Shown piece after piece: positions 7,333-17,829 of a stretch of 64,000 nt of DNA. The stretch spans positions 32,001 to 96,000 of the IMG/VR virus record IMGVR_UViG_3300036715_000153. One strand, given 5' to 3'. The position numbers and the translations under genes were made by a program. Under the pieces are notes generated by a model. The model was not told where the DNA came from. It was given only the letters and a program-made list of their open reading frames with translations, and made no database searches. Every line of letters starts with the position of its first letter. Position 1 is the stretch's first letter. This DNA is from a virus.

Positions 7333-9054
7333 TTAAACGATGCGACTAAAGTTTCCTTGTTTTTCTATTGTAATAACAGACCTACAATATGAAGATATAA
7401 GATCTGGTTTGTGGCTAATGATCCACACATTACTTTCTTCGCCCACTTCTTTCATTAAAGACATGACGGACTCTACGTCAGAGGCAGACAATGCTGAATC
7501 TATAACCTCGTCGAAGAAGATTAGGTTTGTGCTTACAGCGTTTCTACTCATTGCAACCTTACGCCACGCTAGGGTGATTGCAAGCCCTATCCTAGATTGT
7601 TCGCCTTGACTAAGGCTACCAAACGACATACTGTCTCTGAACCTAGCCAATATAGTTTCTTCGAACTCTTCATTTAATGAGAACCTCATGTGGAATCCCA
7701 TCGTATCTAAATATCTGTTAATGGTATCGTTGAGTAAAGGTATATACGACTTAATAATAGTAGACTTGATGCCGTCCTCTTTCAAAAACTGTTGTGCTAC
7801 TTGTATATATCTATTTTCTTCACCCAGCGCAGCCTTATGTTCAACTAAAGCTGACACCTCATCGTGTAGTGAAACGATACGCTGTGCTATATCCTTAACC
7901 ATCTCTGTACCTTGAGTAGAGACGGTCCTTAGATCATGCTCTTTACTCTGCAACGACTTAGTATGTACGTCTAGCGATAGTTTCAGTGAAACTGCCTGCT
8001 GCTTTAGCGTTGATAAGTTCGACTCTATTAATTCTAACTCTTTTAATGACCCTAACATGTCTTCGATATTACTGTTTAATATTGAAGTCTGCTTATCAAT
8101 GGAACTTAACTCGGCTTCCCTTACCTCGATTAACTTTGACGCGTGGTCGGTGTCGATAGACTGAGCACACGCCGGACACGATGTATTAGAATTAAAGAAC
8201 CCTATGTCTGTTTTAAGAAAATTGCTTCGATTAGATAGTTTCTGCAATGCAGCGCGAAGGTTATCTAGTTCTTCAGTTATATGGCTCTTATTAACCATAC
8301 TAGATGCTATCGTCATTGCAGTGGAGGCTAACTCCGTTAAGTCTGAATTAATTTCGGCAATTCTTATTTTTTCAGATTCAACTTGATCTTTAATTAATTG
8401 TACTCTCGATTCATCTTGTGACTGTAAGGTAATAAGATTATCTTTAAGACCTTTAATAGATGTTTTGAGTCCTACTATTGTGGATTCCGTAGTAGTTATG
8501 TTATTCTTAATCTCAGATTGAAGTTCTCGCGATTTAACCAGCATCTTCTGGAAAATACCTGTACCTAGAATTTCATCTACAAACAATCTCCTGTCAGATG
8601 CCTTTAACCAAAGGAATGGGCTGTAGTTAGCGTAGCCTAACACAACAACTTGAACCCACGTCTTATAACTAATGTTAAGTATAGTCTCCTCTAGGTAAGA
8701 CTGATAGTCTCGTACATGTGCAGATTGATCTACTAATACACCGTCGATATATATTTCAAAAACAGAAGGCTTTAGACCACGCACAACAACATAATCTGTC
8801 GTGCCAATCTTAAATGACACCTTAGTCTCGCAGTCTTTTAGATTAACAGTGTTAGTCATATCTTTTTTAGATATGTTCCTGAACGGGACACCATACAAAC
8901 AAAAAGTGACTGCTTCTAGGATTGTACTTTTTCCAGACCCAGATACGCCCTGTACTAGGGTAGTGGGTGAGCGGTTTAGTTGTATAGTAGTAGGAGTATT
9001 CCCAAAACTCAGGAAGTTTTTAAAGGTTACTTCTGTAAAATTAATATGAGGCAC
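7333..9054 (-). CDS. gp46: Recombination endonuclease ATPase subunit (Rad50/SbcC-like)
   Basis: FKNFLSFGN, Walker A GVSGSGKS, CPAC zinc hook, LSQGE signature, FFDE. Confidence 0.95.
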   Translation of the reverse strand: MPHINFTEVTFKNFLSFGNTPTTIQLNRSPTTLVQGVSGSGKSTILEAVTFCLYGVPFRNISKKDMTNTVNLKDCETKVSFKIGTTDYVVVRGLKPSVFEIYIDGVLVDQSAHVRDYQSYLEETILNISYKTWVQVVVLGYANYSPFLWLKASDRRLFVDEILGTGIFQKMLVKSRELQSEIKNNITTTESTIVGLKTSIKGLKDNLITLQSQDESRVQLIKDQVESEKIRIAEINSDLTELASTAMTIASSMVNKSHITEELDNLRAALQKLSNRSNFLKTDIGFFNSNTSCPACAQSIDTDHASKLIEVREAELSSIDKQTSILNSNIEDMLGSLKELELIESNLSTLKQQAVSLKLSLDVHTKSLQSKEHDLRTVSTQGTEMVKDIAQRIVSLHDEVSALVEHKAALGEENRYIQVAQQFLKEDGIKSTIIKSYIPLLNDTINRYLDTMGFHMRFSLNEEFEETILARFRDSMSFGSLSQGEQSRIGLAITLAWRKVAMSRNAVSTNLIFFDEVIDSALSASDVESVMSLMKEVGEESNVWIISHKPDLISSYCRSVITIEKQGNFSRIV

Positions 9055-10133
9055 TAGATTATAGATTCCTGTAAGGTCTTATCATAGATATCTTTCATTA
9101 ACGTCTTCAACTTATCTTTATCTATTGAATCTGTATCCTGTAGTCCATCTATAGCTGAAGAAATAACAACGTTTATGTTTGTGACTGTATCAGATACAAC
9201 GCTGTCCTTATATGCAGAGTTTAATAATATTGTTTCGTCTACTACCGACAGCTCTGCTGGGTTTTGATTAGATATATAAGACATGACGCTCTCGAACCCT
9301 AGTACGTCTGTCTTACTACGAACTATAAGTTTAACAAACTTATTAGATAAACTCAACTGCTTAATGCTATCGAGAATATCTGTATCTACAGAATCATTAT
9401 ACACGATGCGATTAAATAGCTTGTCGGTATATTCGTAGGGAACGAGTTCCATCGTTTCTGTATCTATCGTATGAAAATATTTCTTATCAAATACGTCTGC
9501 CCAACTCATATCATACGCAGTTCCTAAGTAATATATATTCTCACGTTGGGACTTGCTGTGGTAATGACCAGATAATACTTTGTTAAACGTCTGGAATGGC
9601 TCCATCGTCATCCCATCAGTAGATACAACTCCGGCGTGCATTAAAAACCCAGAACATTCTAGATGAGCACACAAGATGTCCGCAGATGAATTTTCTATAA
9701 TAGATTTGTATTCATTATAATGTTGATTTTGCATCCAGGGAACCATTAAGAATTCAGTAGAGTCGAATTTAATAGTAACCGGTTTATCTACGACAGTTAT
9801 GTTTGGGTAGTGGTCGGTGTCTAATAAAGTAGTGAGCGAGTTAACCTCGTTAGTGTTTCTGAAATAAACATCATGATTACCACATATTACCGTAAGTTTA
9901 ATTCCTCTAGCTTTAAGCACATCGAAGAACCGAGTCCTAAATAAAGTGAGTGTTTTGATATTAACGGATGCTCGAACGTCGAACATATCCCCTAGATGAA
10001 ATATCTGGGTAATGTTGTTCTCCTGGATATAGTCTAGTATATACTCGTGAAACTTTAAGATGTGCTGTTCTACTATATTATGAGAACTGCGGGCACCGAG
10101 GTGTGTATCAGTTAATAAAAGTATTTTACTCAT
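9054..10133 (-). CDS. gp47: Recombination endonuclease nuclease subunit (Mre11-like)
   Basis: TDTHLG, GDMFD, GNHD, SGHYH; adjacent to gp46. Confidence 0.95.
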   Translation of the reverse strand: MSKILLLTDTHLGARSSHNIVEQHILKFHEYILDYIQENNITQIFHLGDMFDVRASVNIKTLTLFRTRFFDVLKARGIKLTVICGNHDVYFRNTNEVNSLTTLLDTDHYPNITVVDKPVTIKFDSTEFLMVPWMQNQHYNEYKSIIENSSADILCAHLECSGFLMHAGVVSTDGMTMEPFQTFNKVLSGHYHSKSQRENIYYLGTAYDMSWADVFDKKYFHTIDTETMELVPYEYTDKLFNRIVYNDSVDTDILDSIKQLSLSNKFVKLIVRSKTDVLGFESVMSYISNQNPAELSVVDETILLNSAYKDSVVSDTVTNINVVISSAIDGLQDTDSIDKDKLKTLMKDIYDKTLQESII

Positions 10134-10755
10134 CTGTGGGACTCATGATGTCTTCTACGGATCTCATTTCATGTTGCTCGAGTTTTTTAAGTCTTGACGC
10201 CTTAACAGAATCTTCGTGTTTAGCAATAACGTCAGATGACCTAAGTTGTAGTAACTCAGTAGACACATTAACAAAGTGCGAGTCTTCGTCTTGAAGCTCT
10301 TGAGATATATCGTCTAACAACGTGCCCAGAGAACTGGCAATATATGCCTTAACCAGCGTTTGATGTTTTTCCTTTTTGATTCTGAAGATAAAAGAATTAA
10401 AACACGCTTGTGTGAAGTATGCGAACGGATTATCTCTATTTCGATAATCGAATTTGTGGACATATTGTATCATGTTAGCCACCGCGTCTGCTACCATCTC
10501 GTCTTTATACGAGTAATTGATAAAGTTGTGCTTTCTACTGTTAAACATAGCAATATCACTAAACACTTTACCAATTGCATTAGGAATCTGAGGTATTGGT
10601 AATCCTGCCGCTAGAGCATCTTCTCGCTTAATTAGATATTCTTTAATGTCTGCATAAAACTTTTCGTTATCTACATAATTAAACTTAGGATCCGCTTTCG
10701 CAGTCTTTGCTACGCCGCCTTGTTTTAATGTTTTACGGGTTTCGTATATTGCCAT
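10126..10755 (-). CDS. gp55: Late transcription sigma factor
   Basis: NYVDN, NFINYSYKDEMVADA, NPFAYFTQ motifs. Confidence 0.93.
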   Translation of the reverse strand: MAIYETRKTLKQGGVAKTAKADPKFNYVDNEKFYADIKEYLIKREDALAAGLPIPQIPNAIGKVFSDIAMFNSRKHNFINYSYKDEMVADAVANMIQYVHKFDYRNRDNPFAYFTQACFNSFIFRIKKEKHQTLVKAYIASSLGTLLDDISQELQDEDSHFVNVSTELLQLRSSDVIAKHEDSVKASRLKKLEQHEMRSVEDIMSPTDE

Positions 10756-10838
10756 GGGAGTGAAATGATTAGTTAGTTAGAGTATTAATATTAACACGCA
10801 ACCATCTAACTGTCAACCTAATCCTTGCTGTTAGAAAA

Positions 10839-10919
10839 AAATAGGTTGACAAGCGAAAAAAAAGGTGTAATAATCTATAGATAGGTAAGTACATACGGCT
10901 GCCGCCCAATGCTATGTAT
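10839..10919 (+). repeat. 81-bp promoter-plus-hairpin cassette, copy 1
   Basis: Identical to the reverse complement of 62775-62855. Confidence 0.9.
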
Positions 10920-10940
10920 TTACTGCAAATATGTTACTAG

Positions 10941-12455
10941 CTAGAGATTAATACTTCTGATTCTAAAGTTCATCTCTTGTTCTGCATATATGCTGAATCT
11001 ATGCTGAGCATGACTTAATGAGAAGTTTGGCTTAGACTGTTCAAAGTTATCAAACAAGTCATACACAGTACATTCTTCTTTATCTGATGCTAATCTAAGA
11101 CCTCTACCTATTGATTGAAGTATTCTAACAATAGACTTAGAAGATGAACTAAATATTATATTGTGTATTCTCTTAACCGAAACTCCAGTTGACATAGTAC
11201 CACTCGAGGCAAGAACGATTGCGTTATCCTCTTTCTCTACGATCGATCGTATATCATTTCTTTCAGAACCCTCGACACCTCCGTGTATATAGAATATACT
11301 TCTATCTGGTAATTCTGAGGTAAGCAATTCATTAAGAACGTCTCCGTGTTCCTCGATACGATTAAACAGAACGAGCGTATTACCCTTTAAGTTCTTAACT
11401 AGATTTAATATAAAGTTATTGCGTTTCTCGAATCCATTTAAGAATGATGTTTCTGCTTGATAGTCCAAACTCTTAGTATAGCTTTTCGTATCTGTTGGGT
11501 ATTTCAACTCTATACATTCTATCTTGAGAGGCGATACTCTACCAGACTCTGTTGCCTGTTTAATCGACTGTATTTTGACTACAGGTCCCAGACTAGACTT
11601 AATTACCATTTCGTTGGTTAGTGATCCGTCTAGCGTACCTGTCAATCCTATCTTATATTCAGCCTGAGTGCAAGCATTGACTAATTTCTGTAAGCTATCT
11701 CCCTTAGCCAAATGACACTCGTCGACAACTACCGATTTAAACTGTTCGAAGAACTCAAAGTCTTTTGCTTTGTAGATAGGCAGAAGAGATTGCCAGGTGC
11801 TGATTAAGATTTGAGTCTTACCAGTATATGAATATTCTGAATACAACTTCTCGACGTTGTGTTCTACGATCCATTCGTCATCTAGCTCCGAATAGTCCTT
11901 GAAGTCCCCATACAGTTGTTCTACTAATGATACAGATGGTACAATGATTAATAGTTTGTCTGTTGTGAGTTCTTGTAACAGTCGGTTAATTAGGTATATC
12001 GAGGCAGACTTACCAGTTGATGTGGCAGACAGGAATACTTGACGTTTGTGTTTAATTGCATAATACGCCATCTTGAGTTGGTAGTCGTACGCGTTAATCA
12101 CATTACCCCCAGATGAGAGAGGGATATTCTTTAATGCAGATGTGAACATGTCCTTAGAAACGATTGGATTGGAAAAACACTCAACCACTTCTTTGTCTAT
12201 CGAGATATTATATCCACGATCAGTTACGAACTTAGATAGTTCTGGAACGAGCCCCACGGGTAAAGTAGACTTCGCAGAATTATATAAACGGATCTTTCCA
12301 TCCCAACGTCTTGCCTTAACTAAGGGGTGGTGTTTGGCATTTTCTATGTAGAACGAAAACGTTTCAGATAGCTCCATCCTGACATCGTCTGGACAGTGGA
12401 TCTTTACGTTTGAGTTATTTAAGAATGATACTTTGATGGTTTCCATAATACTCAT
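10941..12455 (-). CDS. uvsW: SF2 DNA/RNA helicase
   Basis: WDGKIRLY, ATSTGKS, DECH, GLTGT, QSIGRGLR. Confidence 0.95.
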   Translation of the reverse strand: MSIMETIKVSFLNNSNVKIHCPDDVRMELSETFSFYIENAKHHPLVKARRWDGKIRLYNSAKSTLPVGLVPELSKFVTDRGYNISIDKEVVECFSNPIVSKDMFTSALKNIPLSSGGNVINAYDYQLKMAYYAIKHKRQVFLSATSTGKSASIYLINRLLQELTTDKLLIIVPSVSLVEQLYGDFKDYSELDDEWIVEHNVEKLYSEYSYTGKTQILISTWQSLLPIYKAKDFEFFEQFKSVVVDECHLAKGDSLQKLVNACTQAEYKIGLTGTLDGSLTNEMVIKSSLGPVVKIQSIKQATESGRVSPLKIECIELKYPTDTKSYTKSLDYQAETSFLNGFEKRNNFILNLVKNLKGNTLVLFNRIEEHGDVLNELLTSELPDRSIFYIHGGVEGSERNDIRSIVEKEDNAIVLASSGTMSTGVSVKRIHNIIFSSSSKSIVRILQSIGRGLRLASDKEECTVYDLFDNFEQSKPNFSLSHAQHRFSIYAEQEMNFRIRSINL

Positions 12456-12488
12456 TTAGTGGAGAACTAAACAGAGTTAGGTATTAGG

Positions 12489-12563
12489 AAAAGTGTGAAA
12501 ATGACGGTTGTAAGTTACTGATTATAATGGGGAAAAAATCACAAATTTCACGATTTTTCCAAT
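12489..12563 (+). repeat. ~75-bp intergenic element with IHF box, copy 1
   Basis: Similar to the reverse complement of 49551-49626; a second IHF box lies at 12622-12634. Confidence 0.7.
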
Positions 12564-12640
12564 CTACGTATCTACGACTGTATTTTAAGTCTTATCTCGA
12601 CGTTAAAGTGCGAGATAATTGTAAGTCATTGATTTTAATA

Positions 12641-13066
12641 CTAAACTACGCCGTTTATTAGCTTGTTATAATCTATGATATTCTTAAGTAAGAACTGACG
12701 CGAATTGATTGCTTTTATTGCCTCAAGTAACAACTCTACTTTAGTTTCCTGAACAGCAATCTTAGACCTAACTTCCTGCAATATCGTATCTGCTTCTAAG
12801 AATATGGATATATCCCCACGCAATACTTTAAGATCGAAGTTCTCTTCTTTATATTGTTGAGGATTAGCCTTACCGCTGTAAAATAACCATCGTTCTTGAT
12901 AAACTCGTTGGAGTTCTAGTTGGAGTGACTTTAGCGTTAAGTTCTCGGTAGACCGGATCTTAAGCAACTTGCCGTGTATGATCGGAATACGCTTTGCTTC
13001 TACAGATACATCATCTGAAATGTGTTGGTTATCGTCGATTAACTGTTGTATTTCGTTTAGGGTCAT
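12641..13066 (-). CDS. uvsY: Recombination mediator protein
   Basis: IPIIHGK, WLFYSGKA, IKAINSRQFLLKNIIDY; synteny with uvsW. Confidence 0.9.
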   Translation of the reverse strand: MTLNEIQQLIDDNQHISDDVSVEAKRIPIIHGKLLKIRSTENLTLKSLQLELQRVYQERWLFYSGKANPQQYKEENFDLKVLRGDISIFLEADTILQEVRSKIAVQETKVELLLEAIKAINSRQFLLKNIIDYNKLINGVV

Positions 13067-13111
13067 GTTAGTATTTAATGTAGAAATTTACATTAAAGTT
13101 TACTACATCTA

Positions 13112-13327
13112 CTATCGTCTGTCAACTTCATAGTGACGGTATACCCCTTGAGTCTTTGCATAATTGATTGCATCTCTTGCCGACAGTAACAATTCTACGA
13201 TCTGTTCTGCATTCTTACACGACATTGGCAATACTTCATTCTGAGTACCTGTACAATTCTTCTCGATGAAAACACATACTTGAGATAACTCGTCTAGTAG
13301 CATATTGATATTATGATAGGTCATCAT
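13112..13327 (-). CDS. Hypothetical protein
   Basis: Start overlaps the gp3 stop codon. Confidence 0.5.
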   Translation of the reverse strand: MMTYHNINMLLDELSQVCVFIEKNCTGTQNEVLPMSCKNAEQIVELLLSARDAINYAKTQGVYRHYEVDRR

Positions 13328-13833
13328 AATGTCCTGGATATATCCATTGTAGTAAAGTCAAACGTAACATCACACGACACAGTCAAGATATCTGAATCTG
13401 TTTGCGTCATCTGGAACCCCGATAGTGAGGTAGGTAAACATCTGCGGTAATTGATATTAAGCAGAGGCTTTTTGTAATTAGATAATATCGTCATTGTTAT
13501 ATCAGTAAACAACGAATCTTCATTACCAGATGGTTCTGTTATCGTAGCGTACTGACCGTAATCCTCGGGATATGCTGCTCCCTTCATCCAATTAACAATC
13601 TCTTCCCAGTTAGAAAGATCTTCGTTTAGTTTAAAGGATAGCGTTATTTGATCATACTGTAACCGGTCACCAACGCGAGAGATATTCGAGAACGGGTTCC
13701 CTTGTTGTGGGTTAGACATAGTGATACCAGGAACAGATACGTCTGTAGTCATAAACGCAATATTCTTAAACCGCTCGACGACAACTATGAAACTCGTCGC
13801 ATTAAGAAAGTCTGTGGTTTGTAATGATGTCAT
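13324..13833 (-). CDS. gp3: Tail tube terminator / tail completion protein
   Basis: VPGI...GDRLQYDQITLSFKLNEDLSNWEEIVNWM...PTSLSG. Confidence 0.88.
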   Translation of the reverse strand: MTSLQTTDFLNATSFIVVVERFKNIAFMTTDVSVPGITMSNPQQGNPFSNISRVGDRLQYDQITLSFKLNEDLSNWEEIVNWMKGAAYPEDYGQYATITEPSGNEDSLFTDITMTILSNYKKPLLNINYRRCLPTSLSGFQMTQTDSDILTVSCDVTFDFTTMDISRTL

Positions 13834-13859
13834 AATAGGATCAGATTAATTGAGTTCAA

Positions 13860-14954
13860 TTATTTAGTTTTGAGTATAGTCCTCGCCTTAGCTCGATATT
13901 CCGACATCGTTATGTTTGGGTACATTTCACGTGCAATGAGATATCTCTTAATAGTCGATCCGTCGATATTGAGAATTTTCTTTGCATCTGAGATAGAGCT
14001 GTATGATACTCCGTCGATAGTGACGGACTTACCTTTTAGTTTTCTTGCTGCGAGGCTGTTAATATCACATTGTTTTTTGTATTGCGTTAACCATTCATCG
14101 AACGAAGTTACTATTCCATCCTCTACATATTTCTTTATCAGTCGGTTGTCTGTATTATTTGCTATTGCTGCTTTGGATATCGACGAATATACTATGCAAT
14201 CGACCACAACAGATTTACTAGATGATTTAAGTCTGCTTTGATTATTATTCTCTTTTTCTAAATCAAGCCATTCCTTAAATGATTTATCACCTTGATAATT
14301 ACTGTATCGTTTGATGATTTTGTAAATCATACTCTTTTTAATGTTGTGTGTTTGAGCTACATCTAATATGGACGGGTATACTACACCGTCAATTTCAATA
14401 ATAGTTGCGTGTAGGGTCTTCCTGACTTCCTTGCTGCGTTTACTCAAGTCATATTCAAATTCGTGTACCGCTGTATCGCTTGAATATTCTGAATTATACT
14501 TTCTTAAATTTTGATACGATATCCCGGTTGCTTTAGTTGCATCCCTCATACATCCATATTCCAACCCATCAACTATAATTGGAACTGCAGACGGATTATC
14601 TCCACCAGACAGCGAATCTCTTTTAGCAATGCTAGCGTATTCGTATATGTGGGCAAACTCGTCTAAGTTAGACTCGTCGACTTCTTTAGTGTTACACATC
14701 CAAAACAACGCGTGAGCCATCTTAGATATTTCGTCTTTACTACCACATTCACGGAGCGCATCTAACAGAAGGTAATGGGCTTTGAGGTGATTGTACGGTG
14801 ACAGATATACTGTTTGGTCATTATCACCAAATATTGCCCGAGGATATACGTGATGCGACTCGTCATACTTATCTGGTACAACTTTATTATCCGAGCAAAA
14901 TTCTAAATATTTGGATAATTTGGCAGACGTGAAATTAAAGTTTAGTGTATTCAT
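13860..14954 (-). CDS. HNH homing endonuclease with repeated DNA-binding modules
   Basis: ESHHVYPR...N...LSPYNHLKAHYLL; four repeats of (I/V)DGxxYxSI type; own TTGACA promoter, which places the start near MNTLNF. Confidence 0.8.
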   Translation of the reverse strand: MNTLNFNFTSAKLSKYLEFCSDNKVVPDKYDESHHVYPRAIFGDNDQTVYLSPYNHLKAHYLLLDALRECGSKDEISKMAHALFWMCNTKEVDESNLDEFAHIYEYASIAKRDSLSGGDNPSAVPIIVDGLEYGCMRDATKATGISYQNLRKYNSEYSSDTAVHEFEYDLSKRSKEVRKTLHATIIEIDGVVYPSILDVAQTHNIKKSMIYKIIKRYSNYQGDKSFKEWLDLEKENNNQSRLKSSSKSVVVDCIVYSSISKAAIANNTDNRLIKKYVEDGIVTSFDEWLTQYKKQCDINSLAARKLKGKSVTIDGVSYSSISDAKKILNIDGSTIKRYLIAREMYPNITMSEYRAKARTILKTK

Positions 14955-15126
14955 ATTATCACATACTAACATTATTCGCATAGAATGTCAAATATTTAAG
15001 TCGTAGAAAAAGCCCAACTTAATGAGCTTTTCTTATTACCAGCGGAGATTCACGACAGATTGAACTAAATAGAATGGTAGCCGCGATATTACTAGTATCC
15101 GCTACCTCTAGTCACTCTAATAACAA

Positions 15127-16287
15127 TTGAAAGGCAATCGTATGACCAGCAATCTAATTTATACAACGTTAAAACTCAAATCCAAGAACGAACATTATCT
15201 AATTAGGTATTGTAACTTCATTCGATCACTAAGTACACAACTTTCTTCCGGAGGCACAGAGGCTCACCATATTTGTCCGGTTGGCGAATATCCAGAATAT
15301 TCTGATTTCGAATTACACCCATGGAACTGTGTACACCTAACAAAACACCAGCACTTTATCGCGCACTGGATGCTATGGAAAATCTTAGGATTATCTCAGA
15401 CCCGCGCGTTCAATATGATGAGTACAACCCGTGATGGAATTAGGATTAAATCTGGTCGGGTATTTGCACAGTTGAAGGACGATTATCACGCTGAGCAGAT
15501 CAGGTTGGCTGAGTTAGGGTTACATGCAAATCAGACACAAGAGTTCAGAGATCAACAACGGGCTGTGCAGAACGCCATAGTCGCCGCAGGTGAGCATCAC
15601 TGGTTAACTGAAGAACATAGTATATTTAAGAGTGAAATGGAAAAGAAGAGATATGAAGATGGTACTCATCCGTGGTGTAGTAAAGAGTTCCAGGAGGAGA
15701 ATGGCGCGCGTGCTTCGGCTAGGCAGAAGGCATTAGTTGATGCAGGTGTGCATATTTGGCAGAGTGAAGAGTGCAAGGCAGAAACATCGAGGAGGCTCTT
15801 AGAACTATCTGCCAAAGGAGAACACCCCTTCCAAGATGCGGAGTTCAAAGCTCGTAATTCTGCTAGACAAAAAGAATTATCGGCCAAGGGAGAACATCAT
15901 ACACAACAGAAAGAGTGCATCGAATTACACAAGGAAGGGTTATTGTGTAAAAGAAACAGGAATAATGTTGCTATATTGAAGGGTCACGCGGAAAGACTTC
16001 GAATGGTCTTAGGTTCGGGCTATGATTTAAAATCGGATGAATGGATAAACGAAAAGATTAAAGAATTAGAGTTAATTGAATATATAGAACCACCAAAGGC
16101 ATATCAGTGCAACTCAGACGAATCTCTAAAGGCATCTGGATTGAGAATAAAGAATAAGTCGAATAGGGAATGTGTTGTAGAGTTAAGACTTCTTGCTAAG
16201 GACAAAAATGTTACCCTATCTAGGGGATATAGCATGAAACCAGATGAATGGATATTAGAAAAGATTAAGGAAATACAAAAGTTGTAG
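15127..16287 (+). CDS. HNH homing endonuclease with GxHxW/F helical repeats
   Basis: EAHHICP...WNCVHLTKHQHFIAHWML; ~25-aa repeats; duplicated C-terminal domain. Confidence 0.8.
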   Translation: MKGNRMTSNLIYTTLKLKSKNEHYLIRYCNFIRSLSTQLSSGGTEAHHICPVGEYPEYSDFELHPWNCVHLTKHQHFIAHWMLWKILGLSQTRAFNMMSTTRDGIRIKSGRVFAQLKDDYHAEQIRLAELGLHANQTQEFRDQQRAVQNAIVAAGEHHWLTEEHSIFKSEMEKKRYEDGTHPWCSKEFQEENGARASARQKALVDAGVHIWQSEECKAETSRRLLELSAKGEHPFQDAEFKARNSARQKELSAKGEHHTQQKECIELHKEGLLCKRNRNNVAILKGHAERLRMVLGSGYDLKSDEWINEKIKELELIEYIEPPKAYQCNSDESLKASGLRIKNKSNRECVVELRLLAKDKNVTLSRGYSMKPDEWILEKIKEIQKL

Positions 16288-16292
16288 ACGTG

Positions 16293-16320
16293 AAAAAGCC
16301 TCTATTGCTAGAGGCCTTTC
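16293..16320. terminator. Terminator between convergent gp23 and HNH gene
   Basis: AAAAA-GCCTCTA-TTGC-TAGAGGC hairpin. Confidence 0.75.
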
Positions 16321-16358
16321 TTATTACACTAATATATTGCTATATCAGAGGTTACTTA

Positions 16359-17765
16359 TCACCCATGGAGGTTCTGTACGGAAGCAATCCTATAAAAACC
16401 GTTCGACCGGAATGTTGCACCACCGAATGGGTTTGTAGCAAAGCCAGCACGACTCTTCAAAGCCATCAGAGGTTGGAAGCTCGTTGGATCAGTTGCGCGT
16501 TGCAATTGAGCTGCGACATACGGAGCGTAGAACGCGCCAGCTGCATAAGGGCTAGAACCTTTGTAACCAACACAGTAGAAGTCAGCGCTTGCATAAGGGT
16601 CAACAAACACTTTCATCTTACCACCGATTGTACCAACGAATGTGCTTTGTGTAAAGTCTGCATTCAATGTTTCCAATTGTTGGATTGCTGGAGCGTATGA
16701 CATGCTACCTGCTGCTGCCAATGCGGATGCTACGTCACCGGAACAGATAAGGATGTTACCTTTACCCATACGCAGATCGTAAGCAATAGCGTTAGCATCG
16801 CGTTCGATTGCAAACAACAGACCTTTGAACTTCTCATTCGACCAACGACCATCTGTATCAGCTGCAAAGTTAAACACGCCTGGGAGGGTAGCTTTCTGTG
16901 CACCTGGCTTAGCCAAGTTATAGATAGTACGCAGTACACGACGGTTTGTTTCTGTGATCAGTTCAGTTGACATAATATGGCTCAACTCTGACTCAGCGTC
17001 CAGACCATGCAATGCTTTCATGTCCTGTGCCATTTCCAGAGAGTAACCAGATGCCAATTGATAAGTAGCAGCAGTAACAGTCAACTTCTCGATCGACATT
17101 GCCACTTTAGCAGTTATGTCACCTTCACCAGTCGCTGTAAGGATACCACCGCCGTTAGCGTTACCCAGCTGAATAGTAGTTGTTGCGTTGGTTGCAGTTG
17201 CGTTCGAAGAAGCTACAAACACTGTACCGTTGGTAATAGAAGCTACAGTTGTACCAGCAGCGAATTCAGTAGCAGCCAGTGGTTGACCTACTTGGATGTT
17301 AGCTGTAGAAGTAACAGTAACGTTAGCAGAACCAGAAGTAACTGCTGCAGACATTACTTGAACGCCGAGGTATGAACCAAACACGCCAGAAGAACCACCA
17401 ACAGAACCAGAAGTACCACCAGAGAAGCTGGTATCGGATTCGTTCCACAATGCTTCTGTACCAGCTTGTGTTGAGTAACGACTACGCAGTGCGAACACCA
17501 AACCAGTTGGAGTTGTCATTGGCTGCAAACCGCATACATCGAAAGCGATCAAGTTAGGAGCAGCACGACGAACCATGCTGATCAGAACTGGGTCATAACC
17601 TGCAACACCAGCGGCAACGTTAGTAGGAGCGGCTTCTTGCAAAGCCTTTTCTTGGTTTTCCAATAGGATTGCAGTTACGTTACGACGATATTCGTCCTTG
17701 ATTTCTGGAAGAGTACTTTCGTTCAGTACTGGTGCCCATTTTTCATTAAGAGCTTGATCTTGCAT
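16359..17765 (-). CDS. gp23: Major capsid protein
   Basis: EKWAPVL, TAILLENQ, PNLIAFDVCGLQPM, QDMKALHGLDAESEL, AFYAPYV, SFQP. Confidence 0.97.
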   Translation of the reverse strand: MQDQALNEKWAPVLNESTLPEIKDEYRRNVTAILLENQEKALQEAAPTNVAAGVAGYDPVLISMVRRAAPNLIAFDVCGLQPMTTPTGLVFALRSRYSTQAGTEALWNESDTSFSGGTSGSVGGSSGVFGSYLGVQVMSAAVTSGSANVTVTSTANIQVGQPLAATEFAAGTTVASITNGTVFVASSNATATNATTTIQLGNANGGGILTATGEGDITAKVAMSIEKLTVTAATYQLASGYSLEMAQDMKALHGLDAESELSHIMSTELITETNRRVLRTIYNLAKPGAQKATLPGVFNFAADTDGRWSNEKFKGLLFAIERDANAIAYDLRMGKGNILICSGDVASALAAAGSMSYAPAIQQLETLNADFTQSTFVGTIGGKMKVFVDPYASADFYCVGYKGSSPYAAGAFYAPYVAAQLQRATDPTSFQPLMALKSRAGFATNPFGGATFRSNGFYRIASVQNLHG

Positions 17766-17799
17766 GTGTTTCCTTTTATATAAAATGTTATTACAATAT

Positions 17800-17807
17800 T
17801 ATTTAGT
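17800..17807 (-). promoter_or_regulatory. Late (gp55) promoter ACTAAATA upstream of gp23
   Basis: Variant of the T4 TATAAATA box; the same motif precedes gp22 (18862-18869) and gp20 (22820-22827). Confidence 0.7.
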
Positions 17808-17829
17808 AAACTACCTAAATGTCCGCTAC

